The notes under the pieces: generated by a model
The model's input: the letters and a program-made list of their open reading frames with translations, nothing else
The model's database searches: none
Told to the model about the DNA's origin: nothing
In this document: in pieces, positions 51,658 through 62,552 of the stretch
Layout: each line of letters opens with the position of its first letter
Numbering within the stretch: the first letter of the stretch is position 1
Program-made: the position numbers and the translations under genes
From: an uncultured Flavobacteriaceae bacterium
GTDB taxonomy: Bacteria > Bacteroidota > Bacteroidia > Flavobacteriales > Flavobacteriaceae
Length of the DNA stretch: 64,000 bases
Direction of reading: 5' to 3'
NCBI GenBank assembly: GCA_943842625.1
Contig: CALTCK010000014.1
Location: forward strand, 32,449 to 96,448

Positions 51658-52509
51658 ATGAGAATAAATATAATTATACCAGCTTATAATGAGGAAAAAA
51701 ATATTGGTGAAACACTTCATTCTCTAATCAATCAATCAATTCCTATTCATAAGATAATTATCATAAATGACAATTCAACAGATGGCACTCAAAAAATTAT
51801 AGATTCTTTTACAACTAAATTTTCAAATATTGTATCAAAAGAACTAATCTCATCAAATAAACATTTACCGGGAAGTAAAGTCATTAATGCTTTTTACAAA
51901 GGTTTTGATCTAGTTGATAAATCATATGATATCATCTGTAAAATTGATGCTGATCTTATTTTTCCATTAAATTATTTTGAAAAAATTATTGAACTTTTTA
52001 AAAAAGATGCGAATATTGGTATGGCCGGAGGATTTTGTTACATTAAAAAAAATAATAACTGGATTTTAGAGTCTCTAACTAACAAAGATCACATAAGAGG
52101 AGCTCTTAAAGCCTATCGTAAAAAATGTTTTACAGATATTGGAGGTTTGAAAAACACCATGGGCTGGGATACAGTTGACGAGCTACTTGCTAGATATCAC
52201 GGATGGTCGATTGCCACTGATGAAAATTTAAAAGTTAAACATTTAAAACCTACCGGGGCTAACTATTCTAGAGAAGCAAAACATAGGCAAGCAGAAGCTT
52301 TTTATAAAATGAGATACGGATTATTATTATTTTTTATAGCGACAATAAAATTAGCACTAAAAAAGAAAAACTTTTATTTTTTTATAAACACATGTATTGG
52401 TTATTTGAAAGCTTCAATAAATAAGGTTCCTTTCATGGTAACTGTTGAAGAAGGTGCCTTTATTCGTAGCTATCGATGGAGGGGAATAAAAAAAAAGTTA
52501 TTCTGTTAA
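51658..52509 (+). CDS. glycosyltransferase family 2
   Basis: IIIPAYNEE, INDNSTDGT, DAD; start at MRINIII preferred. Confidence 0.92.
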   Translation: MRINIIIPAYNEEKNIGETLHSLINQSIPIHKIIIINDNSTDGTQKIIDSFTTKFSNIVSKELISSNKHLPGSKVINAFYKGFDLVDKSYDIICKIDADLIFPLNYFEKIIELFKKDANIGMAGGFCYIKKNNNWILESLTNKDHIRGALKAYRKKCFTDIGGLKNTMGWDTVDELLARYHGWSIATDENLKVKHLKPTGANYSREAKHRQAEAFYKMRYGLLLFFIATIKLALKKKNFYFFINTCIGYLKASINKVPFMVTVEEGAFIRSYRWRGIKKKLFC

Positions 52510-52580
52510 AAGGTGTCAAAATCTTAATGCCTGCGTTTTAATATATAGTTTATATGTATTTTTGATCTTAAAATTAAAGT

Positions 52581-53702
52581 ATGAAATTCTGTTTTAAACC
52601 TTTTTTGTTTCTTTTATGTTGTACCGGCATCCTAGTATCTTGTAATACTAAAAAAGAAGTAACACTTGTCGCCGAAAAAAACTCAATAACAAAACCTAAA
52701 AATATAATTTTACTTGTAGGTGATGGTATGGGATTAAGTCAAGTTTCCGCGAGTCAGTTTTACAACAATAGTAAATCAAACTTTGAACGTTTTCCTATAA
52801 TTGGACTTATTAAAACTTCTTCTGCTAGCGAATTAATAACTGATTCAGCTTCGTCATCAACAGCTTTTGCTAGTGGAATTAAAACATATAATGGAGCGTT
52901 GGGAGTTAACACAGATACCCTAGCAGTTAAAACTATCGTAGAGGAGGTATCAGAAATTGGAATTTCAACAGGAATTATTTCAACTTCATCTATTACCCAT
53001 GCTACTCCTGCTGCTTTTTATACCCACACAAAAAAAAGAAGTATGGCTGAAGATATTGCCTCTCAATTAGTAAATTCTGAAATTGATTTTTTTGCCGGAG
53101 GTGGCAGCGACTACTTTAACAATCGTGAAGATAATAGAGATCTTATTTTAGAATTAGAAGAAAATAATTTTAAAGTGAATTTAAATTCTTTACCGACCAG
53201 TATCACAACTGACTTTTCAAAAAAACAAGGATATTTATTAGCCCCTAAAGGATTACCCAAAATATTAGAGGGGAGAGGAACTTTTTTGTCAGATGCTACA
53301 ACACTTGCTTTAGACTATTTATCTAAAAATGAAAATGGTTTTTTTTTAATGATAGAAGGTGCCCAAATAGATTGGGGTGGTCACGATAATGACGCTGACT
53401 ATTTGATAAGTGAATTAATTGACTTTGACAATACCATAGGAGTCGTATTGGACTTCGCAGAATCGAATAAAGAAACATTGGTTATCGTTACAGCTGATCA
53501 CGAAACTGGTGGATTTACCCTGGGACAAGAAAATGGAGACTATAATAAAATTAAACCTGTATTTTCAACTACTGGACATTCTGCTAGTATGGTTCCTGTT
53601 TTCACCTCAGGCCCTCATGCTGAAATTTTTGGAGGTATTTATGAAAATACTGCTATTTATGATAAGATGAAATCTTTATTTTTTAATAATTATAAAAACT
53701 AA
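52581..53702 (+). CDS. alkaline phosphatase (PhoA family lipoprotein)
   Basis: Lipobox LVSC, VGDGMG, TDSA (catalytic Ser), HATPA, EGAQIDWGGH, TADHETGG; TATTTTTG promoter element at 52557-52564. Confidence 0.93.
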   Translation: MKFCFKPFLFLLCCTGILVSCNTKKEVTLVAEKNSITKPKNIILLVGDGMGLSQVSASQFYNNSKSNFERFPIIGLIKTSSASELITDSASSSTAFASGIKTYNGALGVNTDTLAVKTIVEEVSEIGISTGIISTSSITHATPAAFYTHTKKRSMAEDIASQLVNSEIDFFAGGGSDYFNNREDNRDLILELEENNFKVNLNSLPTSITTDFSKKQGYLLAPKGLPKILEGRGTFLSDATTLALDYLSKNENGFFLMIEGAQIDWGGHDNDADYLISELIDFDNTIGVVLDFAESNKETLVIVTADHETGGFTLGQENGDYNKIKPVFSTTGHSASMVPVFTSGPHAEIFGGIYENTAIYDKMKSLFFNNYKN

Positions 53703-53731
53703 TTTCCTTTTAATTTAATATTTTAGCATTA

Positions 53732-54481
53732 GTGAAAAAACCAATTAAGTACATACATGATATTGGATCCTATTTTTTGATGCTAAAAAAAGTATTTAGT
53801 AGTCCCACAAAAAAATCGGTAATGAAAGAATTAATTTTAAAAGAAATTGATGACCTAATCATAAAATCTTTGGGAATTGTTTCTTTTATTTCTTTTTTCG
53901 TAGGAGGTGTAATTTCTATTCAAACTGCTCTGAATTTGGAGAACCCACTCATTCCTAAGTCATTAATAGGATTTGCCACTAGACAATCTATCATCTTAGA
54001 ATTCGCGCCAACGTTTATGTCAATAATCATGGCAGGAAAAGTTGGGTCTTTCATTACTTCAAGTATTGGTTCAATGAGAGTTACAGAGCAAATTGACGCT
54101 TTAGAAGTGATGGGTATTAACTCCTTAAATTACTTAGTCTTTCCAAAATTAATGGCCATGTTTTTTTATCCATTTATAATTGCAATAGCAATGTTTTTAG
54201 GAATATTTGGTGGATTTTTAGCTGGGGTTTATGGAGGGTTTACTACCGCAGCTGATTTTACAATTGGACTACAAGACACATTCTACCCATTTCACCTTGC
54301 TTATGCTTTTATAAAAACATTTTTATTTGCAATTATTTTAGCTACAGTCCCTTCCTGGCAAGGGTATTATATGAGAGGTGGAGCGTTAGAAGTAGGAAAA
54401 GCGAGCACAAATTCATTTGTTTGGACTAGTATTATTATAATTTTAACCAATTATATTGTTACACAATTACTCTTAAGCTAA
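53732..54481 (+). CDS. mlaE: MlaE family ABC transporter permease
   Basis: EFAPT, AGKVGS...SIGSMRVTEQIDALEVMG, GGALEVGKAST. Confidence 0.92.
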   Translation: MKKPIKYIHDIGSYFLMLKKVFSSPTKKSVMKELILKEIDDLIIKSLGIVSFISFFVGGVISIQTALNLENPLIPKSLIGFATRQSIILEFAPTFMSIIMAGKVGSFITSSIGSMRVTEQIDALEVMGINSLNYLVFPKLMAMFFYPFIIAIAMFLGIFGGFLAGVYGGFTTAADFTIGLQDTFYPFHLAYAFIKTFLFAIILATVPSWQGYYMRGGALEVGKASTNSFVWTSIIIILTNYIVTQLLLS

Positions 54482-55245
54482 TGATAAAAGTAACTGAAAT
54501 AAAAAAGAGTTTTGGAAAAGATGAGGTTTTAAAAGGAATTTCTGCAACATTTGAAAAAGGAAAAACCAATCTAGTTATTGGAAGAAGCGGTAGCGGAAAA
54601 ACAGTGATGTTAAAATGTATGGTGGGATTATTTAAACCAAACTTTGGTGAAATATTATTCGAAGAAAAAGCTATAAGTAAAATGGATTCTGAGGACCACA
54701 GAGTTTTACGAGAAGAAACTGGAATGCTATTCCAGGGAGGCGCTTTATTTGATTCTATGAATATTGAAGAAAATGTAATGTTCCCCCTTAGAATGTTCTC
54801 AAATAAAGAAAAACCTGAAATGCTTTTGAGAGTCAACGAGGTATTGGAACGAGTTGATTTAAAAAATATTAATAAAAAATTTCCATCTGAGATCTCAGGT
54901 GGCATGAACAAAAGAGTGTCAATAGCTAGAGCTATTGTGAATAATCCAAAATATCTTTTTTGTGATGAACCAAACTCAGGATTGGATCCAAAAACAGCAA
55001 CACTAATAGATCAATTAATTCAAGAAATAACCAGAGAGAATAATATTACAACTGTTGTTGTTACCCATGATATGAATTCAGTGATGGAAATAGGTGAAAA
55101 AATTGTTTTTTTAAAAGATGGTAAATTAGTTTGGCAAGGATCTAATCTTGAAATATTTAAAACCGATAATAAAGATGTAACTGATTTTGTGTACTCTTCG
55201 GATTTATTTAAAAAAATAAGAAATATTCAATTAAATGAACATTAA
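54481..55245 (+). CDS. mlaF: MlaF-type ABC transporter ATP-binding protein
   Basis: GRSGSGKT, FQGGALFDS, ISGGMNKRV, DEPNSGLDP. Confidence 0.92.
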   Translation: MIKVTEIKKSFGKDEVLKGISATFEKGKTNLVIGRSGSGKTVMLKCMVGLFKPNFGEILFEEKAISKMDSEDHRVLREETGMLFQGGALFDSMNIEENVMFPLRMFSNKEKPEMLLRVNEVLERVDLKNINKKFPSEISGGMNKRVSIARAIVNNPKYLFCDEPNSGLDPKTATLIDQLIQEITRENNITTVVVTHDMNSVMEIGEKIVFLKDGKLVWQGSNLEIFKTDNKDVTDFVYSSDLFKKIRNIQLNEH

Positions 55246-55313
55246 TTTTAGATCACTATCAGTTTACATCCAAATAATTATACTATTTTAGATAAAAATT
55301 TAAAAAAAAAAAA

Positions 55314-56927
55314 ATGAAAAAAAATTTACTTTTAATTTTTGCTATTATAAGCACGTCCTCGATTATTGCGCAGGTATCTTTCACTAACAGAAATGACTTG
55401 ATTGGAAATTATGAAGGTAGTACCTCAATTACTGTTGATATGAACGGTGATTATTTAGACGATTTTGTAAGAGTTTCAGAAAATGGGGTTGGTATCGATT
55501 ACCAGCAGGAAGACGGTAGCTTCGAATCTGTATTTATTGGTATGATGATTCAGTGGATTCCTGATTGGAGTGCTGCTGCTGCCGATATTGACGGAAACGG
55601 CTATACTGATCTTTTGTTGGGTAATGGACAGAGAGCCTCTTTTTTATTTGCAAATGACGATGGAACTGCTTTTGAAGAAATAGTTTACTCAGATCTATAC
55701 ATTTTTTCACAAAGAACTAACTTTGTGGATATTGATAATGACGGAGATTTAGATGCGTTTATATGTCATGATGTTGATGGAAATCATGCTTATAGAAACG
55801 ACGGGGGACAAAATATGGTTTTAGATTTTGATCTAATTCAAACAATTGATCTTGCTGGAAATTATGCCTCTTTATGGGTAGATTATGATAACGATGGAGA
55901 CACTGATATGCATTTAACAAAATGTCGTCAAGGATCGTCACCTGGTGACCCAGAGAGAACAAATGCTATGTACAGAAATAATGGCGATGGAACTTATACT
56001 GAGGTTGCGGAATCTCTAGGTATAGCAGATAACGAACAATCTTGGGCAACCATTTGGCAAGATTTTGATAATGATGGAGATTTTGATGCTTTTTGTGTAA
56101 ATCATAGTGATGCGAATCGTTTTTATGAAAATGATGGAAATGGAGGTTTTAACGATATTATAGAATCTACTGGTATCAACCCTACAGATCTTGGAGCTTG
56201 GGAAAATCACGGGGCCGATTTTAATAATGATGGCTATATTGATATATTATCAGAAATGGCCAGAGAGTTATATATGAATAATGGTGATATGACTTTTACT
56301 GGCTTTGACTTGCCTTTTGATGAAGGAGCAGTAGGAGATTTTAATGGTGACGGATATCTTGATGTTGGAAGAAGCGGAAACCTTTGGATGAATGACGGTG
56401 GAACCAATAACTGGGTAAAATTTGTTTTAGAAGGGGTTGAAAGTAATTCACACGGTATAGGTGCAAGAATTACTATTAATGGTGATTGGGGTTCGCAAAT
56501 AAGAGAGATTCGTTCGGGTACGGGTTATAGCCACATGAGCTCTTTATTTGCTCATTTTGGAGTAGGAACTAGTACAGAGATTGAATCTGTATTAATAGAA
56601 TGGCCTTCAGGAACTGTTGATTTTATTGAAAACGTAGATATAAATACGCAACATGTTTTTGTTGAAGGAGAAAATTTAGGAGGAGGCGACTTTGAATTTG
56701 ATCAAGTAAATTTATATCCAAATCCTGCAACTTCAGTACTAAATTTTTCAAAAAACAATGTTGTAGGAACCACTGTAAGAGTTATAGACACGAACGGAAA
56801 AATAGTTCTTAATACAACAGTTTCACCAAACAGTAATATCAGTGTGGAAAGACTAACTAGCGGAGTATATTTTGTTCAACTAGAAGTTGAAAATAAAAAT
56901 GTTAGTTATAAATTTATAAAAAAATAA
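55314..56927 (+). CDS. CRTAC1-like secreted protein: FG-GAP/VCBS repeats + ASPIC/UnbV + T9SS type A C-terminal domain
   Basis: Repeated DxDxDGxxD motifs, GIGARI...REIRSGTGY...HFGVG...WPSG, LYPNPA...KFIKK. Confidence 0.92.
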   Translation: MKKNLLLIFAIISTSSIIAQVSFTNRNDLIGNYEGSTSITVDMNGDYLDDFVRVSENGVGIDYQQEDGSFESVFIGMMIQWIPDWSAAAADIDGNGYTDLLLGNGQRASFLFANDDGTAFEEIVYSDLYIFSQRTNFVDIDNDGDLDAFICHDVDGNHAYRNDGGQNMVLDFDLIQTIDLAGNYASLWVDYDNDGDTDMHLTKCRQGSSPGDPERTNAMYRNNGDGTYTEVAESLGIADNEQSWATIWQDFDNDGDFDAFCVNHSDANRFYENDGNGGFNDIIESTGINPTDLGAWENHGADFNNDGYIDILSEMARELYMNNGDMTFTGFDLPFDEGAVGDFNGDGYLDVGRSGNLWMNDGGTNNWVKFVLEGVESNSHGIGARITINGDWGSQIREIRSGTGYSHMSSLFAHFGVGTSTEIESVLIEWPSGTVDFIENVDINTQHVFVEGENLGGGDFEFDQVNLYPNPATSVLNFSKNNVVGTTVRVIDTNGKIVLNTTVSPNSNISVERLTSGVYFVQLEVENKNVSYKFIKK

Positions 56928-56940
56928 TTATACATCATCG

Positions 56941-56967
56941 TAAAAAGGGCTGTCACAGCCCTTTTTA
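56941..56967. terminator. bidirectional intrinsic terminator between convergent genes
   Basis: TAAAAAGGGCTG-TCA-CAGCCCTTTTTA. Confidence 0.85.
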
Positions 56968-58398
56968 ATCTAAAATAAGCAAAGTATCTAACTTTAGTTT
57001 ATATTTTAACCATGTATTCAAGCTTTTCATATCTTTTACTCTATTCCTATTCGAGTATTTAGTATCCCATTTAATTGAGAAAACTGGAATTGTGTCTATT
57101 GTTTCGAAATTAGTGGTTACTTTATTATAGTAACTAATTGACTGAATTTCGCTATAATTCATCTTTACTTCCTTGCTAATATCATCAAATCGTAGTTCCT
57201 TTACTTTAATACTGGTAAGCTTGTCCTCTAAAAATTTAATTTTTGCTTCTTTATCTTTTAGTAATTGTTCATTCTTTTCATAAAGCTCATCCAATATATC
57301 AAACTTTAATTTACCAGATAATTCTTGTGCCATATCACCACTTTGATCAGCAGCTTGAAAAATTTCGAGTGTTGTATTAGTTAAATTAGAATTTTCCTTT
57401 AACTCATCTCTCCAATGCTCTATCACTGTCTCTGGAACTAATCTACCAATTAAATAAACTTCAATTTTATTAGAATCATAATCTTGGTTAGATTTTAAAA
57501 TAACAGCCCCTTCATGTTTGACACTGGTCGTAATGAATTCTTTTGCTTTATTTTCAAAAACCTGAACTTTTAGAAGGTTTAAAAACAATACAACACTCGG
57601 AACTATTACAATTATTGCAATACTTGTCGCAATTTGAGCTATTCTTTTTCTACGTTTTGAATTGGCATATTTTACCATTGGGAATCGTAAAATTTTTGCG
57701 ATTAAAAAAGTAGTTAAAGCTATAAAAACAGCATTAATTGAAAATAAATAGATAGCTCCACCAGCATAATTAATATTTCCTATTGCTAAACCATATCCAA
57801 CAGTACATAGTGGAGGCATCAATGCGGTGGCTATAGCTACTCCAAATATTACACTCGCCATAGTTCCCTTTTTTGTTTTAGCAACAATTAAGGCTAGGCC
57901 ACCAAAAATAGCTATCAAGACATCTAATATTGTAGGATAGGTTCTAGCTAGTAATTCTGGTGTCTCTTTGGTAAGGGGGGATATTGAAAAATAAAGATAT
58001 GCAGTGATCACACTCAAAGCAACCATAACACCTAAGTTGATTAAAGACTTTTTTAAGCTTTCCACATCATTGATCGCTACGGATAAGCCTAGGCCAACAA
58101 TTGGTCCCATCAATGGAGAAATTAACATGGCACCAATAACCACTGCTGCACTACTTACGTTTAGTCCTATCGAAGCCACAAATATGGAAAAAATTAATAT
58201 CCAAGCATTGTGCCCTTTTATAGAAATATCTGATTTAACACTCTCGATAGTAGTTTCTCGATCGGTTTCTTCTCTGAGATCCAAAAGTTCTTTAAAGAAA
58301 AGCTTTAGTCCTTGCCAAGCAGATTCTTTTATTTGATCAAATTGTTGGTCTTCAAAAATTTCATTAGAATCTTCTATCTTTTTTTTTTCCTGCATCAC
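56965..58398 (-). CDS. DUF389 domain membrane protein
   Basis: SAAVVIGAMLISPLMGPI, ELLART, GVAIATALMPPL. Confidence 0.92.
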   Translation of the reverse strand: MMQEKKKIEDSNEIFEDQQFDQIKESAWQGLKLFFKELLDLREETDRETTIESVKSDISIKGHNAWILIFSIFVASIGLNVSSAAVVIGAMLISPLMGPIVGLGLSVAINDVESLKKSLINLGVMVALSVITAYLYFSISPLTKETPELLARTYPTILDVLIAIFGGLALIVAKTKKGTMASVIFGVAIATALMPPLCTVGYGLAIGNINYAGGAIYLFSINAVFIALTTFLIAKILRFPMVKYANSKRRKRIAQIATSIAIIVIVPSVVLFLNLLKVQVFENKAKEFITTSVKHEGAVILKSNQDYDSNKIEVYLIGRLVPETVIEHWRDELKENSNLTNTTLEIFQAADQSGDMAQELSGKLKFDILDELYEKNEQLLKDKEAKIKFLEDKLTSIKVKELRFDDISKEVKMNYSEIQSISYYNKVTTNFETIDTIPVFSIKWDTKYSNRNRVKDMKSLNTWLKYKLKLDTLLILD

Positions 58399-58492
58399 AA
58401 GTATTTATTATTATCCTTAATTTTAATTTGGAGCTATTTTATATTTAAGATTAAAAATAATCTTTTATTTTAAAAAAACCTTTTTTTATAAC

Positions 58493-59086
58493 CTAAAGTA
58501 ATTCAACCTCAGCATTTGGATTAAATAAATATACTTTACCCGTATAAATTTCAACACACTCAAAACGTTTAACCCGTCTTGGTCCCCTTTTAAAAATCTT
58601 TCCATTATAAATTCTAAATCTACTACCTAAAGGTATTTCAAATATATAATTTTTATCGTTGGGAGCATCATATTCTTTAAGTGCTAAAGATAAGTTCGTA
58701 TCAGTATCACTACTAGCTTTTGGGTTTTTAAAATGAATCGCTAAAAAAGGCAATAATTTATTTGGAAATATTTCTGGTCTTAGGTAAGGTAACATTAATT
58801 GCTGAAATGTTATTTTCCATTCAATTCCATGAGGTTTAATTGAATTTCCGTATTTTTTAAAAGTTATTAAATGAGCTATTTCGTGAATTAATGTAATTAA
58901 AAAGCGAAAATTATTTAGATTGGAGTTAACTGTAATTTGATGTTGCCCGTTGGACATTTTTCTATAATCACCGTGACGGGTAACTCTTTCATTAACAATT
59001 TTAAGATGAATATTATGTACAGTAATTAATTGAAAAACAGAAGCTATTGAAGCTTGGGGAATATATTTTCCAAGTATTTTTGACAT
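58493..59086 (-). CDS. SprT-like zinc metalloprotease domain protein
   Basis: TLIHEIAHL, PHGIEWK. Confidence 0.9.
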   Translation of the reverse strand: MSKILGKYIPQASIASVFQLITVHNIHLKIVNERVTRHGDYRKMSNGQHQITVNSNLNNFRFLITLIHEIAHLITFKKYGNSIKPHGIEWKITFQQLMLPYLRPEIFPNKLLPFLAIHFKNPKASSDTDTNLSLALKEYDAPNDKNYIFEIPLGSRFRIYNGKIFKRGPRRVKRFECVEIYTGKVYLFNPNAEVELL

Positions 59087-59094
59087 TGGTTACA

Positions 59095-59775
59095 TTAGGG
59101 AGTAGAATTAGAGACTTGTAGGACTTTACCATTATAAAATTGTTGCCCATTAATTGAAAACTGCATAATATATTTTGCTATTTGTTTTGCAGAAATACTC
59201 GCCTTATATCCAGGAAAGGCTTCTTCAAGCATTTCAGTTTGAACGGCACCCAATGCCAACACATTAAATGATGGCCCTTTTTCTTTATACTCTTCTGCCA
59301 ATAGCTCTGTAAGCGCAATCAAAGCTCCTTTACTACTACTGTAAGCGCTTAAGCCAGGAAATTTCATACTCCCTTGGATTCCCCCCATGCTACTGATATT
59401 TACAACATGGCTCTCTTTATACATAAAGGGAAGCATTGCTTTGGTTAAAGCTGCCAAACCAAAAATATTTACGTCATAAACACTAATAAATTCATCTATG
59501 GAGGTCTCGGCAAATGGTTTGTTTAAAAGGGCTCCAGAATTATTAATTAAAATATCTACTTTTTTCCAGTTTTCTGCTACAAACTTTGAAGCAGCTTGAA
59601 TATCGTCTGAATTTGTTATATCAAAAGGAAATATAGTACAACCATTGAGGTTCAAACTTGATATGGGTAAAATATTACGTGATAAAGCTAAAACATTAAA
59701 TCCTGCATCTGTAAAAAGTTTTACAAGTTCGTAACCTATCCCCCTACTGGTCCCTGTGATAACAACATTTTTCAT
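59095..59775 (-). CDS. SDR family oxidoreductase
   Basis: TGTSRGIG, NNSG, YSSSK. Confidence 0.93.
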   Translation of the reverse strand: MKNVVITGTSRGIGYELVKLFTDAGFNVLALSRNILPISSLNLNGCTIFPFDITNSDDIQAASKFVAENWKKVDILINNSGALLNKPFAETSIDEFISVYDVNIFGLAALTKAMLPFMYKESHVVNISSMGGIQGSMKFPGLSAYSSSKGALIALTELLAEEYKEKGPSFNVLALGAVQTEMLEEAFPGYKASISAKQIAKYIMQFSINGQQFYNGKVLQVSNSTP

Positions 59776-61383
59776 TTACACAAACATGGTTACAGGGTTT
59801 TCAATATATGTTCTAAAAGTTTGCAAAAAAGATGCTCCAGTAGCACCATCTACAGTTCTGTGGTCACAAGCAAGAGTGACAGTCATTGTATTACCAACAA
59901 CTATTTGTCCATCTTTTACAATTGGTTTTTGAACAATAGCTCCAACAGAAAGTATTGCAGAGTTTGGTTGATTTATAATAGAGGTGAATTCTTTTATTCC
60001 AAACATCCCTAAATTAGATACTGTAAAGGTACTACCTTCCATTTCTTCAGGTGTTAGTTTTTTATTTCTTGCCTTAGCCGCTAATTCTTTTACATTGGTT
60101 CCAATTTGACTGTAAGTCATTTGATCAGCAAATTTTAAAACAGGTACTAGCAAACCGTCGTCTACTGCAACCGCAACTCCAACATGAATATGTTTTGCGA
60201 TTAAAGTGGAGGTATCAGTCCAGTGAGAATTAACTTTTGGATGTTTACGTAATGCCATAGCACTGGCTTTTACCACCATATCATTGTAAGAAATTTTAAC
60301 GTTCGGGTCTGAATTAATTGCTGCTCTAGCAGAAATTGCATTGTCCATATTTAACTCAATAGTCAAATAATAATGGGGAGCCATAAATTTTGACTCGCCA
60401 AGACGTTTTGCAATAACCTTTCGCATTTGAGAATTTTTCACCTCTTCAAAGCTTTCCTCTCCAACAGGAATGTAAGATGCAGAAACAGAAGAAACAGGTT
60501 GGTAATTTTCAATATCACGTTTTATAATTCTTCCTTGTTCTCCGCTTCCTTTTAATTGCGATAGGTTGATCCCTTTTTCTTCAGCTAACTTTTTTGCAAG
60601 TGGTGAAATAAATATTCTTTGATTTGAAGTTGTATCACTGATAGCTACTGGTTTTTTTGGAGTTTCAATTTTCACTTCTTCAACAACGGGAATGGCTATT
60701 TCTTTTTCAGCCTGAACAGGAGTGCTTTTATCGTTTGAAGAAAAATTTTCCAGTAAGCCAGAAACATCAGTACCTTTAGGACCAATTATGGCTAATACTG
60801 AATCTACCAACGCTGTTTCTCCCTCTTTTACTCCTATCTCCAACAAGACACCAGAATAGAAAGATTCGAACTCCATCGTTGCTTTATCAGTCTCTATTTC
60901 AGCAAGTATATCGCCTTCCTCAACAGTGTCACCTTCTTTTTTATTCCAAGTGGCAACAGTACCTTCTTCCATGGTATCACTTAAACGGGGCATCGTTATC
61001 ACTTCTACTCCATTTGGAATCACTATTTGAGAACTCTCTTTTGATTCTGTACTCTTAGGTTCTGAGCGAGGTGCTGGTTCTTGTGCTTTATCCACTTTAG
61101 AAACAGTCGAACTATCTGGATTAATAAGACCTGAAATATCTTCTCCTGGATCACCTATAATAGCTAGCAATACGTCAACTGGTGCGGTCTCTCCTTCTTG
61201 GACACCCACATGAAGTAGCGTTCCTTCGTTAAAAGATTCAAACTCCATCGTTGCTTTATCGGTTTCAATTTCTGCTAAAATATCTCCTTCCGAAACTTTT
61301 TCACCTAATTTAAAAAGCCATTTAGCTACGGTCCCTTCCTCCATTGTGTCGCTTAAACGCGGCATATTTATAACTTCTGCCAT
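59776..61383 (-). CDS. pdhC: pyruvate dehydrogenase E2 dihydrolipoamide acetyltransferase (two lipoyl domains)
   Basis: Two EIETDKATME domains, ISPLAKKLA, DHRTVDG. Confidence 0.96.
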   Translation of the reverse strand: MAEVINMPRLSDTMEEGTVAKWLFKLGEKVSEGDILAEIETDKATMEFESFNEGTLLHVGVQEGETAPVDVLLAIIGDPGEDISGLINPDSSTVSKVDKAQEPAPRSEPKSTESKESSQIVIPNGVEVITMPRLSDTMEEGTVATWNKKEGDTVEEGDILAEIETDKATMEFESFYSGVLLEIGVKEGETALVDSVLAIIGPKGTDVSGLLENFSSNDKSTPVQAEKEIAIPVVEEVKIETPKKPVAISDTTSNQRIFISPLAKKLAEEKGINLSQLKGSGEQGRIIKRDIENYQPVSSVSASYIPVGEESFEEVKNSQMRKVIAKRLGESKFMAPHYYLTIELNMDNAISARAAINSDPNVKISYNDMVVKASAMALRKHPKVNSHWTDTSTLIAKHIHVGVAVAVDDGLLVPVLKFADQMTYSQIGTNVKELAAKARNKKLTPEEMEGSTFTVSNLGMFGIKEFTSIINQPNSAILSVGAIVQKPIVKDGQIVVGNTMTVTLACDHRTVDGATGASFLQTFRTYIENPVTMFV

Positions 61384-61389
61384 ATAAAT

Positions 61390-62388
61390 TTATATTTTAT
61401 GTGATAAAAAGGGGTAATCTTCTTGCTCGTAAACAACATCGTACATTATATTTTTATCAGGATAAGGTGAATCTTCGGCAAATTGCTCGCATTCAGCAAC
61501 TAAATTCTTCACTTTTTGATCAATTTCCTTTATTTGCTCTTCTGTTGCGTATTTCTTATCTATAAGGATGTTTTTGATATAGCTAATAGGATCTTCTTCT
61601 TGCTTGTCTGCTACTTCTTTTTTGGTTCTATAATGTTGTGCATCACTCATTGAATGGCCTCTGTAACGGTATGTTCTAATTTCTAAAAATGTAGGTCCAT
61701 TTCCATTTCTTGCTCTTTTAATAGCTTCATCAAGAGCTTCAGCTACTACTTCAGGCTTCATCCCGTCGACAGGTTTACAAGGCATGTCATAAGCCAATCC
61801 CATTTTCCAAATTTCTGAATGATTAGCAGTTCTCTCAACAGACGTTCCCATAGCATAACCGTTATTTTCAACACAGAAAACAACAGGTAAATTCCATAAC
61901 ATTGCTAAATTCATTGTTTCATGAAGCGAACCTTGGCGCATTGCTCCATCTCCCATGAATGTCAATGTCACGCCACCTCTATCAAAATACTTATCAGCAA
62001 ACGCAAGACCCGCTCCTAGAGGAATTTGTCCTCCAACAATACCATGCCCTCCATAGAATCTATGTTCCTTGGAAAATATATGCATTGAACCACCTAAACC
62101 AGAAGAGGTTCCGGTACCTTTCCCGTACAATTCTGCCATGACTTTTTTTGGATCTACCCCCATCCCAATAGGTTGCACATGATTTCTGTAAGCAGTAATC
62201 ATTTTGTCTTTGGTAAGATCCATTACATGAAGGGCTCCTGCAAGGATCGCTTCTTGGCCGTTGTATAAATGAAGAAACCCTCTTACTTTTTGTTTGATAT
62301 AAACCTGAGCAAGTTTGTCTTCAAATTTTCTCCAGAAGTACATATTTTCGTACCAATCGAGGTAGGTTTTTTTTGTAATTTTTTTCAT
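61390..62388 (-). CDS. pdhA: pyruvate dehydrogenase E1 alpha subunit
   Basis: GFLHLYNGQEA, GDGA...ENN TPP motif, YRYRGHSMSD; TATTTTTG promoter element at 62434-62441. Confidence 0.97.
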   Translation of the reverse strand: MKKITKKTYLDWYENMYFWRKFEDKLAQVYIKQKVRGFLHLYNGQEAILAGALHVMDLTKDKMITAYRNHVQPIGMGVDPKKVMAELYGKGTGTSSGLGGSMHIFSKEHRFYGGHGIVGGQIPLGAGLAFADKYFDRGGVTLTFMGDGAMRQGSLHETMNLAMLWNLPVVFCVENNGYAMGTSVERTANHSEIWKMGLAYDMPCKPVDGMKPEVVAEALDEAIKRARNGNGPTFLEIRTYRYRGHSMSDAQHYRTKKEVADKQEEDPISYIKNILIDKKYATEEQIKEIDQKVKNLVAECEQFAEDSPYPDKNIMYDVVYEQEDYPFLSHKI

Positions 62389-62552
62389 AATATTTCCACT
62401 ATTATAAAATTAGGTAGTTTTAAATACAGCAGACAAAAATACTATATTATTAGCATCTACAAAATTATAATTCTTAAAAGAATTATAATCAAAAAAAATA
62501 ACTTTTGAATGGGCAATAAAAATCTGTTAAAAAGATTAAGAAGGATTGCAGA

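Noticed and set aside
55430-56370. Recurring GATAATGA(C/T)GGAGA-like DNA repeats
   Set aside because: They encode FG-GAP DxDxDG protein repeats; irregular spacing and degeneracy rule out a CRISPR array.
60861-61260. Near-identical roughly 28-nt direct repeat (aagattc-aactccatcgttgctttatc)
   Set aside because: These are the duplicated lipoyl domains (DKATMEFESF) of PdhC.
59776-62388. pdhA-pdhC without pdhB
   Set aside because: pdhB is commonly encoded elsewhere in Flavobacteriaceae, so absence from this window is uninformative.
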